A stretch of DNA of 64,000 nt from an uncultured Gammaproteobacteria bacterium (GCA_963714975.1 CAVQQD010000001.1:224001-288000); one strand, 5' to 3'; shown: positions 29,064 through 38,724, numbered from the stretch's first letter. Notes: generated by a model from the letters alone, not told the origin. Made by a program: numbers and translations.

Positions 29064-31007
29064 ATGCAGAATATGCAAAGTACTCTTATTTTAGACTCTC
29101 TCAATCCGGCTCAGCAAGCAGCAGTGACTGCACCTGCCGAGCATCACTTAATTCTCGCCGGCGCGGGCAGCGGTAAAACACGGGTATTGGTGCATCGGAT
29201 TGCTTGGCTGGTCATTGAGCAACGAATTTCCCCAGAACGTATTTTAGCCGTCACCTTCACCAACAAAGCAGCACAGCAAATGCATGAACGCATTGAAGGA
29301 TTGCTCCACGTGCCAGTATCTCATCTTTGGATCGGGACTTTTCATGGCATGGCGCATCGCTTGTTGCGCCGCCATTGGCAAGCGGCGGAACTCCCCAACA
29401 CCTTCCAAGTCATTGATAGTGACGACCAGCAACGACTCATCCGGCGGGTAATGAAAAATCAAAAACTCGATGACGATCGCTGGCCACCGAAACAAGCCCA
29501 ATGGTTTATCAATACCCAAAAAGAAGAAGGAATCCGCTCCCAGCAGGTGGATCACACAGCAAGCCCGCTGAGCCGGGCTTACGCACCCATTTATCAAGAA
29601 TACGAGCAAATTTGCCGGAGTTCTGGTCTGGTCGATTTCTCAGAATTGTTGCTACGCAGCTATGAATTGCTCCAGCAAAACCCAGAATTGCTTACGCATT
29701 ATCAGGAACGATTTCAACATATTTTAGTGGATGAATTTCAAGACACCAATCAGATTCAATATCGCTGGTTGCAGTTGCTCGCCGGTACGCAAAGTAAGCT
29801 GATGATGGTAGGTGATGATGATCAGTCTATTTATAGCTGGCGTGGCGCTAAGGCCGAACATCTGCAGCGCTTCATTAAAGACTATCCCAGAGTACAAACG
29901 GTGCGCTTAGAAGAAAACTACCGTTCTACCGGCAGGATTTTAGCTGCGGCCAATGGGGTTATTTCCCATAATCAACAGCGGCTTGGGAAAAATTTGTGGA
30001 CCCAGGCTCAGCCGGGGGAAAAAATAAACCTCTATGCCGCCATAAGAGATCGGGATGAGGCGCAATTTGTCATCAACCAAGTGTATCGTTGGATAGAAGG
30101 CGGGGGCAGTCAACGTGATGCGGCGGTCTTGTATCGATCCAATGCCCAATCGCGGGTGTTAGAAGAAGCCCTGCTGCAGGCCGGCATGTCCTACCGAATT
30201 TATGGGGGATTACGCTTTTTTGAGCGCGCGGAAATAAAAGACGCTCTGGCTTATTTACGTTTGATAGTCAATCCTGCTGACGACGGCGCTTTTGAACGGG
30301 TCGTGAATTTGCCCGCCCGTGGTATCGGAGAAACTACGCTCGCCACCATCCAAGATTGCGCCCGGCAACAGCGTACTTCATTTTGGCACGCCGGAGAAAT
30401 TTTGTTGCAGGCGGGAACTTTGGCTGCCCGCTCAGCAACCGCTATTCGTGGTTTTATGCAATTAATTCAAGACCTACGAACCGCCAGCAGCCACATGGCT
30501 TTGCCAGAGCAGGTAAGCTATGTGTTAGAAAAAAGTGGCTTGCTGTATTATTACCGCCAAGATGCTTCCGAAAAAGGCCGGGGGCGGGTGGAAAACCTGG
30601 AGGAATTAATCAATGGCATCTATCAATTTACCCCTCAACAGGATCCAGAAAGTGCCACTCCTTTGACGGCGTATTTAGCGCATGTCACTTTAAATTCGGG
30701 AGAAGAAGCCGGAGATCCGATGGCAGATAGTATTCATTTGATGACGTTGCATTCGGCCAAAGGCTTGGAATTTCCTCTGGTATTTTTAACCGGCATGGAA
30801 GAAGGTTTATTCCCGCATGCGATGTCAGCACGTGATCCCAGACAGCTCGAAGAGGAGCGGCGATTGTGCTATGTGGGGATGACGCGAGCGATGGGTAAAT
30901 TGTATATGACTTATGCGCAAAGCCGTTATTTAAATGGCAAAGAGATGTACCAACGTCCCTCTCGATTTTTAAAAGAAATTCCGCGGGAGTGTATTGCTTA
31001 TGCCTGA
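29064..31007 (+). CDS. uvrD: DNA helicase II, lacking the C-terminal extension
   Basis: AGAGSGKT, TFTNKAA, DEFQD, GDDDQSIY, TLHSAKGLEF, EERRLCYVGMTRA; ends shortly after PSRFL.E. Confidence 0.95.
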   Translation: MQNMQSTLILDSLNPAQQAAVTAPAEHHLILAGAGSGKTRVLVHRIAWLVIEQRISPERILAVTFTNKAAQQMHERIEGLLHVPVSHLWIGTFHGMAHRLLRRHWQAAELPNTFQVIDSDDQQRLIRRVMKNQKLDDDRWPPKQAQWFINTQKEEGIRSQQVDHTASPLSRAYAPIYQEYEQICRSSGLVDFSELLLRSYELLQQNPELLTHYQERFQHILVDEFQDTNQIQYRWLQLLAGTQSKLMMVGDDDQSIYSWRGAKAEHLQRFIKDYPRVQTVRLEENYRSTGRILAAANGVISHNQQRLGKNLWTQAQPGEKINLYAAIRDRDEAQFVINQVYRWIEGGGSQRDAAVLYRSNAQSRVLEEALLQAGMSYRIYGGLRFFERAEIKDALAYLRLIVNPADDGAFERVVNLPARGIGETTLATIQDCARQQRTSFWHAGEILLQAGTLAARSATAIRGFMQLIQDLRTASSHMALPEQVSYVLEKSGLLYYYRQDASEKGRGRVENLEELINGIYQFTPQQDPESATPLTAYLAHVTLNSGEEAGDPMADSIHLMTLHSAKGLEFPLVFLTGMEEGLFPHAMSARDPRQLEEERRLCYVGMTRAMGKLYMTYAQSRYLNGKEMYQRPSRFLKEIPRECIAYA

Positions 31008-31968
31008 AGAAACAACCTCTCAACCCAAACAGCCCGGTTTATTGGCAAAAATAATTGCCCTAATCGCACTAGTGATTGCAGTCGCTTGCGCCATCGCACT
31101 GCTCTATTTTGGGCAACGCATTGCTTTCATGCAAAATACTTTGGCCACAGAACCTAAGCTGCATCAACAACTGACAGCACAAGCCACTGCCATCCAAAAT
31201 CTCCAGCAGCAAATGCAGCGCTCTCAGTTGGAGATTCAGCAAGCCCAACAGGCCAGGGCCACTGATAATCATTTGGCGCTCATTGAAGCGGATTACTTAG
31301 TCAATCTCGCCGCATTTAACTTGCTGGCTGAAAATAATGTGAGTTTAGCTCGACAATTACTGAGAAGTGCCGATCAACGCATTGCGATGCACGGCGATTC
31401 GCGATTACTACCGGTGCGAGAAGCTCTGGGCGCTGATTTGGCTGAGCTCGATGCCGTGCCTACTATTGATGTAGCCGGGCTCATCATTCAGCTCAATGCA
31501 CTCACAGCGCAGGTAGAGCAATTACCGCGCGTCCCTTTGCTGAATAAACAGGCTCCCCCGACAACAGTAGCACCCGCCAAGCCAGCCCATCCATCCTGGA
31601 AAGAACAAGCAAAGCAATTCCTAGAACAAGTAGGAAAAACTTTGGAAAGTTTGTTCGTGGTACGTTACGAAACAGGACAAGTAGCGCCCCTATTACCTCC
31701 TGACCACTATGTATTTATCGTCGCTAATATTCAATCGCAATTAGCAATAGCACAATGGGCAGTACTGCATCGCCAGCCTGAAGTATACCAACAAGCTCTC
31801 AACCAGGCCGCCACTTGGATCCAGCGCTATTTTCCAGCAGATAATCCTGTCGTACAGGCGCTATTAAAGAACTTACATGAATTATTAACCATCCCCGTGA
31901 AGTCACCCTTACCGAATTTAGATCGCAGCGTTCAAGCCATTTTGCAAGCTTTAAAATCCGCGGGTTAG
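31000..31968 (+). CDS. hemX: HemX family membrane protein
   Basis: N-terminal TM, coiled coil, EADYLVNLA, Y..AL..A..WIQRYF; upstream of hemY. Confidence 0.85.
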   Translation: MPEETTSQPKQPGLLAKIIALIALVIAVACAIALLYFGQRIAFMQNTLATEPKLHQQLTAQATAIQNLQQQMQRSQLEIQQAQQARATDNHLALIEADYLVNLAAFNLLAENNVSLARQLLRSADQRIAMHGDSRLLPVREALGADLAELDAVPTIDVAGLIIQLNALTAQVEQLPRVPLLNKQAPPTTVAPAKPAHPSWKEQAKQFLEQVGKTLESLFVVRYETGQVAPLLPPDHYVFIVANIQSQLAIAQWAVLHRQPEVYQQALNQAATWIQRYFPADNPVVQALLKNLHELLTIPVKSPLPNLDRSVQAILQALKSAG

Positions 31969-31981
31969 GGAGAGGGGGCTT

Positions 31982-32854
31982 ATGAAAAAACTACTCATCC
32001 TCTTTTTTATAATCCTGCTAGGAGTATACCTTGGCATAGCCATGCAACAAGAATCCGGCTATGTCTTGCTGGGTATGAGTCATTGGCGCGTAGAAATGTC
32101 CCTTTGGCTTGCCCTGCTGCTTTTCATTTTAGCGGTCATAATGCTCTATTGGCTGATCCATTTTATCCGGGGAATTTATTTCATACCTCGCCGTTATGCG
32201 AAATGGCGCGAGCAGCGACGCCAATTATCCCTCAATAACCCCATCATCTTATTAGGCACCAAAGAAACTTATTTAGCACAGCAACAATGGGAGCCTTTGC
32301 GCAAGTTACTCCCTAAATTAGCCAAAACTCAGGCTCTCAATACCGCTGCTTTAAGCGCCTTATCGGTGCAAGTATATGGTCAACTTTTGCAACAAAGCGC
32401 AAGCTCACAAAAATTGCCTGACTTAGAGCGACAATGGCAGAGCATTCCCCACGTTTGGCGTAAAAACCCCGCTTTATTGGCAGTCTATGTACAGTATTTA
32501 TTGCAACTCGGAAAATCAGAAACAGCAGAACACGTTTTAAAAAAAGCATTACACAAACATCGCGACTCGCGCCTGTTGGAATTATACACTCAAATAAATA
32601 GTGTCAACTCTGCCAAGCAATTAAACCGCGCCAAAATGTGGTTAAAATCGGACCCCAATAATCCAGCGTTATTGCTTTGCCTTGGCCGCTTGTCGGCACG
32701 ACTTCGTTTATGGGGCAAGGCACGTAGCTATCTTGAAGCAGCCATCCGTTTGGAACCCAACCCTGCCATGTACCAAGCCCTCGGCAAAGTACTCGAAGAA
32801 TTAGGCGATTCCCAAGCAGCCCTAAACTGTTACCGCGCTGGCTTAGCGATGTAA
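31982..32854 (+). CDS. hemY: HemY family TPR membrane protein (short)
   Basis: Two N-terminal TMs with GYVLL, C-terminal LLLCLGRL..LWGKARSYLE. Confidence 0.85.
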   Translation: MKKLLILFFIILLGVYLGIAMQQESGYVLLGMSHWRVEMSLWLALLLFILAVIMLYWLIHFIRGIYFIPRRYAKWREQRRQLSLNNPIILLGTKETYLAQQQWEPLRKLLPKLAKTQALNTAALSALSVQVYGQLLQQSASSQKLPDLERQWQSIPHVWRKNPALLAVYVQYLLQLGKSETAEHVLKKALHKHRDSRLLELYTQINSVNSAKQLNRAKMWLKSDPNNPALLLCLGRLSARLRLWGKARSYLEAAIRLEPNPAMYQALGKVLEELGDSQAALNCYRAGLAM

Positions 32855-32878
32855 TAGATCAGGTACCTCCATTAATTT

Positions 32879-32963
32879 GGCTCTATGAAGTTTTGAGTGG
32901 GTAATCTATCCTTCTCCCCCTGTGGGAGAAGGAAAATCTACCCACTCGATTCTACATAGAACC
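32879..32963. mobile_element. Collapsed family B MITE (both TIRs around a single REP hairpin)
   Basis: ggctctatgaagttttgagtgggta ... tacccactcgattctacatagaacc enclosing ccttctccccctgtgggagaagg. Confidence 0.7.
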
Positions 32964-32988
32964 AAATAGATGGACCTGTAAGCCACTA

Positions 32989-33021
32989 CTTAATATTGCC
33001 ATAAGCTTGCTCTATTAAAAT
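32989..33021 (+). promoter_or_regulatory. PmrA-type direct-repeat box with -10 element
   Basis: cTTAAtatt-gc-cATAAgctt, 7 nt, TAAAAT; same architecture at 42075. Confidence 0.7.
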
Positions 33022-33053
33022 CTAACAATGAAAGTGAGTCGTCCTGCCCCCTA

Positions 33054-33147
33054 CGTCGTCCCGGCATGGATGCCGGGATCCAGTTCACAAGGATGTGAAG
33101 GATTCGCTTCCTGCGCCATGGATCCTGGCATCCATGCCAGGACGACG
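33054..33147. repeat. REPIN-like inverted pair in the 5' UTR of the effector gene
   Basis: cgtcgtcccggcatggatgccgggatcca ... tggatcctggcatccatgccaggacgacg. Confidence 0.8.
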
Positions 33148-33182
33148 AGGTGAGGGGCAGAACAACAAAGAGGTGAGTATAT

Positions 33183-35414
33183 ATGAGCACAGAATTAAAC
33201 GAAATAAACGAAAAAGCAAATTTAAAACAATACCCAGAGACTCGCAGGGAGCCTGAGGGCCGTTTCATCATCTTGCCTGATATACATGGCTGTACCCTGA
33301 AGTTAATCTATTCTCTAGTCAAAGAAGGAATTTTTAAATTTAACGACCCGGATGACTATACAAAAATTGTTGGGATATGTGAAAGGGCCTCAACTCTTTC
33401 AAAAGAGGATGCGGAAGCATTTAAGACTATCCTTAGTAGCATTGAGGTGCGCTCTCCACATAGGCTGAATTTGCTGGGAGATTTATTGGCTGATCGAGGA
33501 TTGTTAGGTAATGATTATTTGACCCTAAAAGTCATAGAAAAATTAGGGACAGGACAAGTAAATTATCGAATAAACTGGTCGAATCATGATGCGGAATTTT
33601 TAAGTCGACTGCAGGGAGAGCATGGAAACATTACAAATCAGTCCCAAAGTATAACGTCTCTCTTTAAATTTTTACTTCATTATCCTAATGAACTCTACAG
33701 CCAAGAAGTAGAAAATATTGTCAACCAATATTATAAACCTAAACTGGAAATTTTAGGTGGGGCTATTATCTCCTCTCAACCACCTAAGTTTCTGCACTTG
33801 TCACATGCACCAACGGATGCCAGTACCACTCAAGCAAATTTGGTCGATTATTTTAATATCCCGCCCGAAGCCGAAGAAACAAAGCAATCAAACTCAGAAT
33901 TAGCAAACTTTATAAGCCAAAGGGCGGCTATTAATACTCAATTTCGGAAGGCTATTGAGGATGGGCTTTTTTTCCAGGAATGGCAAAAGCAAGTACATGC
34001 TTGGAATCCTAAGACCCTGAATAACCCGGGGATCCCACTTTATCCCATAATAATCCCTGCTTGGAATAGAGAAGTTCCAGACGACGAAGCATACAAAAAT
34101 ATAGGAGAGCATGAGGTTTTCCATGTGCATGGACATTCGAGCGACGATGAAAAACCCCAAAAACGAATCAATTTGGATAATGACAATCTTCTAGGGCATT
34201 CTGGGTCAGACTCCCCGGCAAAAGGCAATTATCATATTTATTCCTGCAAGGGCGCTCAAACGATGGAAGAATATTTGGGCACAACGAATGAAGTGCTTAA
34301 ACATCCAGAAAAAAAGAAGATGGCCCCAGAGTCGAAGCCACTCGCCAAGTTTCGGGAAGCCTCTTTTGCGCAGGACCCTGAAGGAGCACTTGATTTCATA
34401 GTACAAAACGGATACTGGGATGCTCTTCCCGATTTCCTTCGCTACCAGCCAACGATGGTTAACCACATTAACTCCAAGACAGGGATGGGGCTTCTGCATC
34501 ACGCAGTGGAACAAAATGTTGCTTCTGCGGTGCAGCAGCTAATAGCACAAAAAGCAGATGTTAACCTCTACGATCGTTTTGGATGCACACCTCTCCATTT
34601 ATGCGAAGATAAGGCCATTAGAAGCCAATTGCTTAAGGCAAGGGCAAAGCCAACCAAGGCACCTGCATATCAAAAAAATCCTCAATTTCTTGCTGATGCA
34701 GTACAAGATCAGGAGTGGGCGGTTGTACGTTTCTTATTAGGTGAACTTGAGTGTCCGGTAACCGGTAGTTGTTCTGACAAATATAGCCTGTTTGCAACGC
34801 CTGGCGCCCCAGTTTTACAGCAGCTAATGTGGAAGGACCAATGGGATTTGGTTCGAACGCTGTTGAGAAGATCGGATGTAGCTATCAATGCAAAAACTCC
34901 AGGAGGAGTGGATGCACGTGAAATTGCTGAGACGTATAACAGCTGCCCCGAGGACATTCGGAATTGTTTGCAGAATCAGAAAAACCTTGACTGTTTGAAA
35001 TCACCACAGGAAGAAAAAAGGCGTAAAATTATAGCGCCCATAAAAAATCATGAGAGCATAGCTGATAACCCTAATGCGTTCTTCCAAGGGTTGCAAATAA
35101 CTGGAAAGCTATCGCTGATTTCTTCAATATCTGCGGCGGCTTTATTAATCACCCTGGAAATAGCAGCAACAGGCGATAAGGCCGATTGGGCAACCAAGGC
35201 CTTATTTGCAGAGCCTGGAGCTGGATTGAAAGTCGAGGATATTTTGATCGCCTGTTCATTCATTGCAGTGCCTTACTTACTCTACCTTGTTGTAATTTCT
35301 TTAAACCTTCTTGTTGTAATACTTCTAATGATGCCACTAAGATACAACAACTTACAGGCAACTAACGTCATCCCTGCAGGAGGCAGGAATCCAGTCGCCA
35401 CTATTGACATCTAA
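33183..35414 (+). CDS. Putative Dot/Icm effector: WipA/WipB/Lem3-like metallophosphoesterase + ankyrin repeats + C-terminal TM (paralog 1)
   Basis: DIHG, GDLLADRG, NDYLTLK, SNHD, HGH; ankyrin motifs (LLHHAV, ADVN..DRFGCTPLH); two C-terminal hydrophobic helices. Confidence 0.75.
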   Translation: MSTELNEINEKANLKQYPETRREPEGRFIILPDIHGCTLKLIYSLVKEGIFKFNDPDDYTKIVGICERASTLSKEDAEAFKTILSSIEVRSPHRLNLLGDLLADRGLLGNDYLTLKVIEKLGTGQVNYRINWSNHDAEFLSRLQGEHGNITNQSQSITSLFKFLLHYPNELYSQEVENIVNQYYKPKLEILGGAIISSQPPKFLHLSHAPTDASTTQANLVDYFNIPPEAEETKQSNSELANFISQRAAINTQFRKAIEDGLFFQEWQKQVHAWNPKTLNNPGIPLYPIIIPAWNREVPDDEAYKNIGEHEVFHVHGHSSDDEKPQKRINLDNDNLLGHSGSDSPAKGNYHIYSCKGAQTMEEYLGTTNEVLKHPEKKKMAPESKPLAKFREASFAQDPEGALDFIVQNGYWDALPDFLRYQPTMVNHINSKTGMGLLHHAVEQNVASAVQQLIAQKADVNLYDRFGCTPLHLCEDKAIRSQLLKARAKPTKAPAYQKNPQFLADAVQDQEWAVVRFLLGELECPVTGSCSDKYSLFATPGAPVLQQLMWKDQWDLVRTLLRRSDVAINAKTPGGVDAREIAETYNSCPEDIRNCLQNQKNLDCLKSPQEEKRRKIIAPIKNHESIADNPNAFFQGLQITGKLSLISSISAAALLITLEIAATGDKADWATKALFAEPGAGLKVEDILIACSFIAVPYLLYLVVISLNLLVVILLMMPLRYNNLQATNVIPAGGRNPVATIDI

Positions 35415-35446
35415 GACCCGTCTGACTAGACGGGTCATCTGACTAG
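35415..35446. promoter_or_regulatory. Palindromic operator upstream of antitoxin
   Basis: gacccgtctgactagacgggtc inverted repeat plus repeated tctgactag directly before the start codon. Confidence 0.5.
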
Positions 35447-35450
35447 TTTT

Positions 35451-35714
35451 ATGGGGATCACAATGAAGGAGATTAACGTATTTGCCGCTAAAACGCATTT
35501 TTCAGGGATTATTACGGAAGTGCTGGAGCAACATCAGCAATTTGTTATTACCAAACGTGGTCAGAAAGTTGCGAAAATTATTCCTTATGAAACAGAGGAT
35601 AAAAAAGATGTGGACACTGTTATCGAAGCAATGGACGTTCTAGCCAAAGAAATTGGCAAAACAGGCATTACCCTGGATGAGATTCTCGAAATGCGGGATA
35701 CAGGAAGGGAATAG
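35451..35714 (+). CDS. Phd/YefM family antitoxin (no cognate toxin visible)
   Basis: INVFAAKTHFSGII...VITKRGQKVAKIIP; C-terminal EILEMRDTGR. Confidence 0.85.
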   Translation: MGITMKEINVFAAKTHFSGIITEVLEQHQQFVITKRGQKVAKIIPYETEDKKDVDTVIEAMDVLAKEIGKTGITLDEILEMRDTGRE

Positions 35715-35718
35715 TAAT

Positions 35719-35793
35719 GGTTCTATGTAAAATCGAGTGGGTAGATTTTCCTTCTCCCCTTGTGGGAGAAGGTGCCGAAGGCGGATGAGGGGT
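35719..35793 (+). repeat. Family B element, left end + REP unit
   Basis: Near-identical to 27447-27521. Confidence 0.75.
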
Positions 35794-35803
35794 AACAAGA
35801 TTC

Positions 35804-35847
35804 ATGCTAAAAACTTTCCAAAAACAGTTAAGAAGAAACCAACGGCA
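35804..35847 (+). pseudogene. Possible 5' stub of a DUF559/Vsr-like endonuclease gene, truncated by IS
   Basis: ATG...MLKTFQKQLRRNQ resembles the DUF559 N-terminal (A/Q)xxLRxNQT motif; only about 14 codons. Confidence 0.35.
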
Positions 35848-36062
35848 GTATAGCGGGCGAAAAATCTAGACAATTTTTTAAAAAATTAAGATATAAATTC
35901 TCGTCCAGTGTTTGTTAAAATAAAGCCACGATACAGCCGGGGACGGCAATGACCGTGACGTGATTCCGGGCAGCTTTTGCCACCCAAGCCACTGCCCGGT
36001 TATTTAAATCACGTCTTAAATATCCCGGGGTGTGGGGCGGAGCCCCACCTTAATCCGCATCT

Positions 36063-36911
36063 TTAATGCACCAATTTTGAATGTACCCTGTTAGGTGTGA
36101 GCCCATTTAAACTTTGATGGGGTCTTTCAAAATTATAAAACTGAAAGTACTCGTCCAATCCTTCCCGCGCAGTCGTAACGTTTTCCCACTCCTGCAGGTA
36201 CACACATTCATATTTTACCGATCGCCATAGGCGCTCAACAAAAATATTATCTGCCCATCGTCCCTTTCCATCCATGCTGATTTTGATTTGATGCGCGGCG
36301 AGCACATCAGTAAAATCTTTGCTTGTAAATTGCGCTCCCTGATCAGTATTAAATATATCGCAGCGTGAATGCGCTAATACCCGCTTAAGTGTTTCTACAC
36401 AAAAATCAGCCTCCATAGTGATGCTAAGCTGCCAATCCAATACAAAACGGCTATACCAGTCTATTATGGCCATCAAGTAAACGAAACCTCGTCGTAGCCT
36501 AATATACGTGATATCTGTACTGAAAACTTGGCAAGGCCTGACTATTGCAACGTCATTCAGTAAGTACGGATATACTTTATGTTCAGGATGCGGCTTACTG
36601 GTATGAGGGCCCGGCGCCAATGAGTGCAATCCTAAATGCTCATAAGCCCAACGTGTCTCATGGCGTTTACAAGGGTAATGGTGATAAGAAATGTAGTCAC
36701 TCATTTGCCTTGTACCGAAAGCTGGATGCTTTGTGTAAATTTCATCCACTAAGCGCAGTAATGCTAGCTGTTTATCACTTAATACCTTGGGACGTGGCAC
36801 GTAATATACATTGGAACGGGTTAAATCCAGTAGATCACATTGTCGACAGACTGACAACAATGGGTGTTCTCTCTCAACCCAACCTCGCCTTTCATCCACG
36901 GAACAACTCAA
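36063..36911 (-). CDS. IS3 transposase OrfB (DDE integrase core)
   Basis: STDITYI, NTDQGAQFTS, DNIFVERLWRSVKYE, YN.ERPHQSL. Confidence 0.92.
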   Translation of the reverse strand: MSCSVDERRGWVEREHPLLSVCRQCDLLDLTRSNVYYVPRPKVLSDKQLALLRLVDEIYTKHPAFGTRQMSDYISYHHYPCKRHETRWAYEHLGLHSLAPGPHTSKPHPEHKVYPYLLNDVAIVRPCQVFSTDITYIRLRRGFVYLMAIIDWYSRFVLDWQLSITMEADFCVETLKRVLAHSRCDIFNTDQGAQFTSKDFTDVLAAHQIKISMDGKGRWADNIFVERLWRSVKYECVYLQEWENVTTAREGLDEYFQFYNFERPHQSLNGLTPNRVHSKLVH

Positions 36912-36920
36912 ACTTTTTTT

Positions 36921-37184
36921 TTAAAAATCATTCTCTACTTTTAAACGACCAATTTGTTCATATAATTCAGCCAGTTGAGTAGCATGTTCCGTAATTTCAT
37001 TTTTATTTTTATCACTAAAAACATCGGGCAACAAGGCTAAGGCTTGTTTTTTCCATGCGTTTATTTGCGTTCCATGGGCACCATACTTCGAGCTAATTTG
37101 TGCCAATGTTAGCTCCCCTTTAATAGCTTCCAAAGCAATTTTTGCTTTTTCTGCTGGAGTATATGTTTTACGTTTTTGGCTCAT
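36921..37184 (-). CDS. IS3 transposase OrfA (HTH)
   Basis: RKTYTPAEKAKIALEA...WKKQ...LYEQIGRLKVENDF. Confidence 0.9.
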   Translation of the reverse strand: MSQKRKTYTPAEKAKIALEAIKGELTLAQISSKYGAHGTQINAWKKQALALLPDVFSDKNKNEITEHATQLAELYEQIGRLKVENDF

Positions 37185-37261
37185 TCTCGTCTCCTGATCC
37201 GAAGCGAGAATTATATCTTAGCTTGCCATTTTAACTGTCTGAATTTCTTCGCCCACTATAC

Positions 37262-38724
37262 TCGAGGAAGAAAAAAATTCAGAAACAGAATTCAAGAGTT
37301 TTATAAATAAAAGAATGGCAATTAATGTCAAATTTCGGAAAGCTATTGAGGGTGAGAATTTTTTTCGGGATTTTAATGAGCAGAGTGCTGAGTGGTGTAA
37401 CTATTATCAGCCTAGTTTTTCAGGTATGACGTGGGGTAATCGTGAGTTTTCTTTTGCTCCTATAATAATACCTGCTTGGCAGAGAAAAGCTCCGGGTGAT
37501 GACGAATATAAGAACATTGGGGAGCATGAGGTTTTTCATGTCCATGGGCATACAGGCCAAGATAAAAAAGAATCCACACTGCCCCAAAAACGCAGCAATT
37601 TGGATAACGATAATCAGCTAGGCCACAGTAATGCAACCCAACCAGAAAATGGAAATTATCATATTTATTCCTGCACGGGCGCGCAGACGATGGAAGAATA
37701 TTTGGGGGTGAACGTCACCCGCGAAATCCCTGTGCCGGAACCCAAGCAGACTCCTGAGTCAAAAGAAGCCTTACCCTTAGCAAAATTCCGGCAAACCGCT
37801 AACGTTTCTCAGGTCTTTGATCAGGCAGCAAAGGGAAATTGGGATAATGTCTTTTATATATTGGAATACCAGCCAACAATAATTAACGAGATCAGGCCAC
37901 ATGTGGACTTAGAGGAAAGTGGTACTCTTCTGCAATATGCGGTTCAACAAAATAATGTGGGTGCTGTACAAACGCTACTAGACAATAAAGCCAATGTAAA
38001 CCTCAAGAATGGATTACAGTGTTCACCTCTATTTTTTTGTAAGAATGATTCCCCCATAAAGCAAATACTTGAAAAAGCAGGTGCTAAGGAGGCTAATGCC
38101 TGTGCATATAAAAATCCGGGCTTTTTATTGCAAACAATGTGTAAGGTTGCAAAGGACTATCCACGTTACGGCGAGCATACTAATCATAAACTAGCAGCTG
38201 CTTTAATAGAGAAAAAAGATTGCCCAGTAACTGGTCTTACAGAACATGGGGAGACTGTATTACATCTAGCAGTTCAGGCACAAAATCGTTTGCTATTGAC
38301 ACGCCTGTTAAAAAGATCTGATATAGATATACATGCCAAAAATAAGCAGGGTCACACAGCCCTTGATATTGCAAAGCAAAGTGCAAATGAAGAGTTAATC
38401 ACATTATTAGAAAGCAAGATCGCACAAAATAGACGGCAAACAGCCGGACAGGTATCACTGGTTACATCAGCATTTGCAGCAATTGTATTAATTACCCTGG
38501 AAATAGCGGCAAGTGGTTACGAATCTGCATGGGCAACTCAGGCCTTAGCTGCCGAGCCTGGACTGGGGAAAATTGGTGCTACAGTCGAGGATATTTTGAT
38601 TGCTTGCTCGCTCATTGCAGTGCCCTATCTGCTCTACTGCGTTTTCACTTGCTTTAAAACTTCTTGCGCTACAGCTTCGAATGATGATACTGGGGAAGCA
38701 AAAACCAAAACCTGCTCAAATTAG
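37262..38724 (+). pseudogene. 5'-truncated paralog 2 of the phosphoesterase-ankyrin-TM effector family (ORF 37315-38724)
   Basis: Aligns to the middle of paralogs 1/3 (AIN..FRKAIE, IIPAW, HVHGH, YSCTGAQTMEEYLG); open frame runs back to the IS end; DxH/GDxxxDR/SNH half absent. Confidence 0.75.

Larger units (their letters stand above)
35848..37261 (-). mobile_element. IS3-family insertion sequence
   Basis: Imperfect TIRs gtatagcgggcgaaaaatctagaca / tgtctgaatttcttcgcccactatac; orfA + orfB joined by an A9 slippery run; no target duplication. Confidence 0.9.

Noticed and set aside
38700-38724. CaaX prenylation motif at the end of paralog 2 (TCSN)
   Set aside because: Cys is at position -3, not -4
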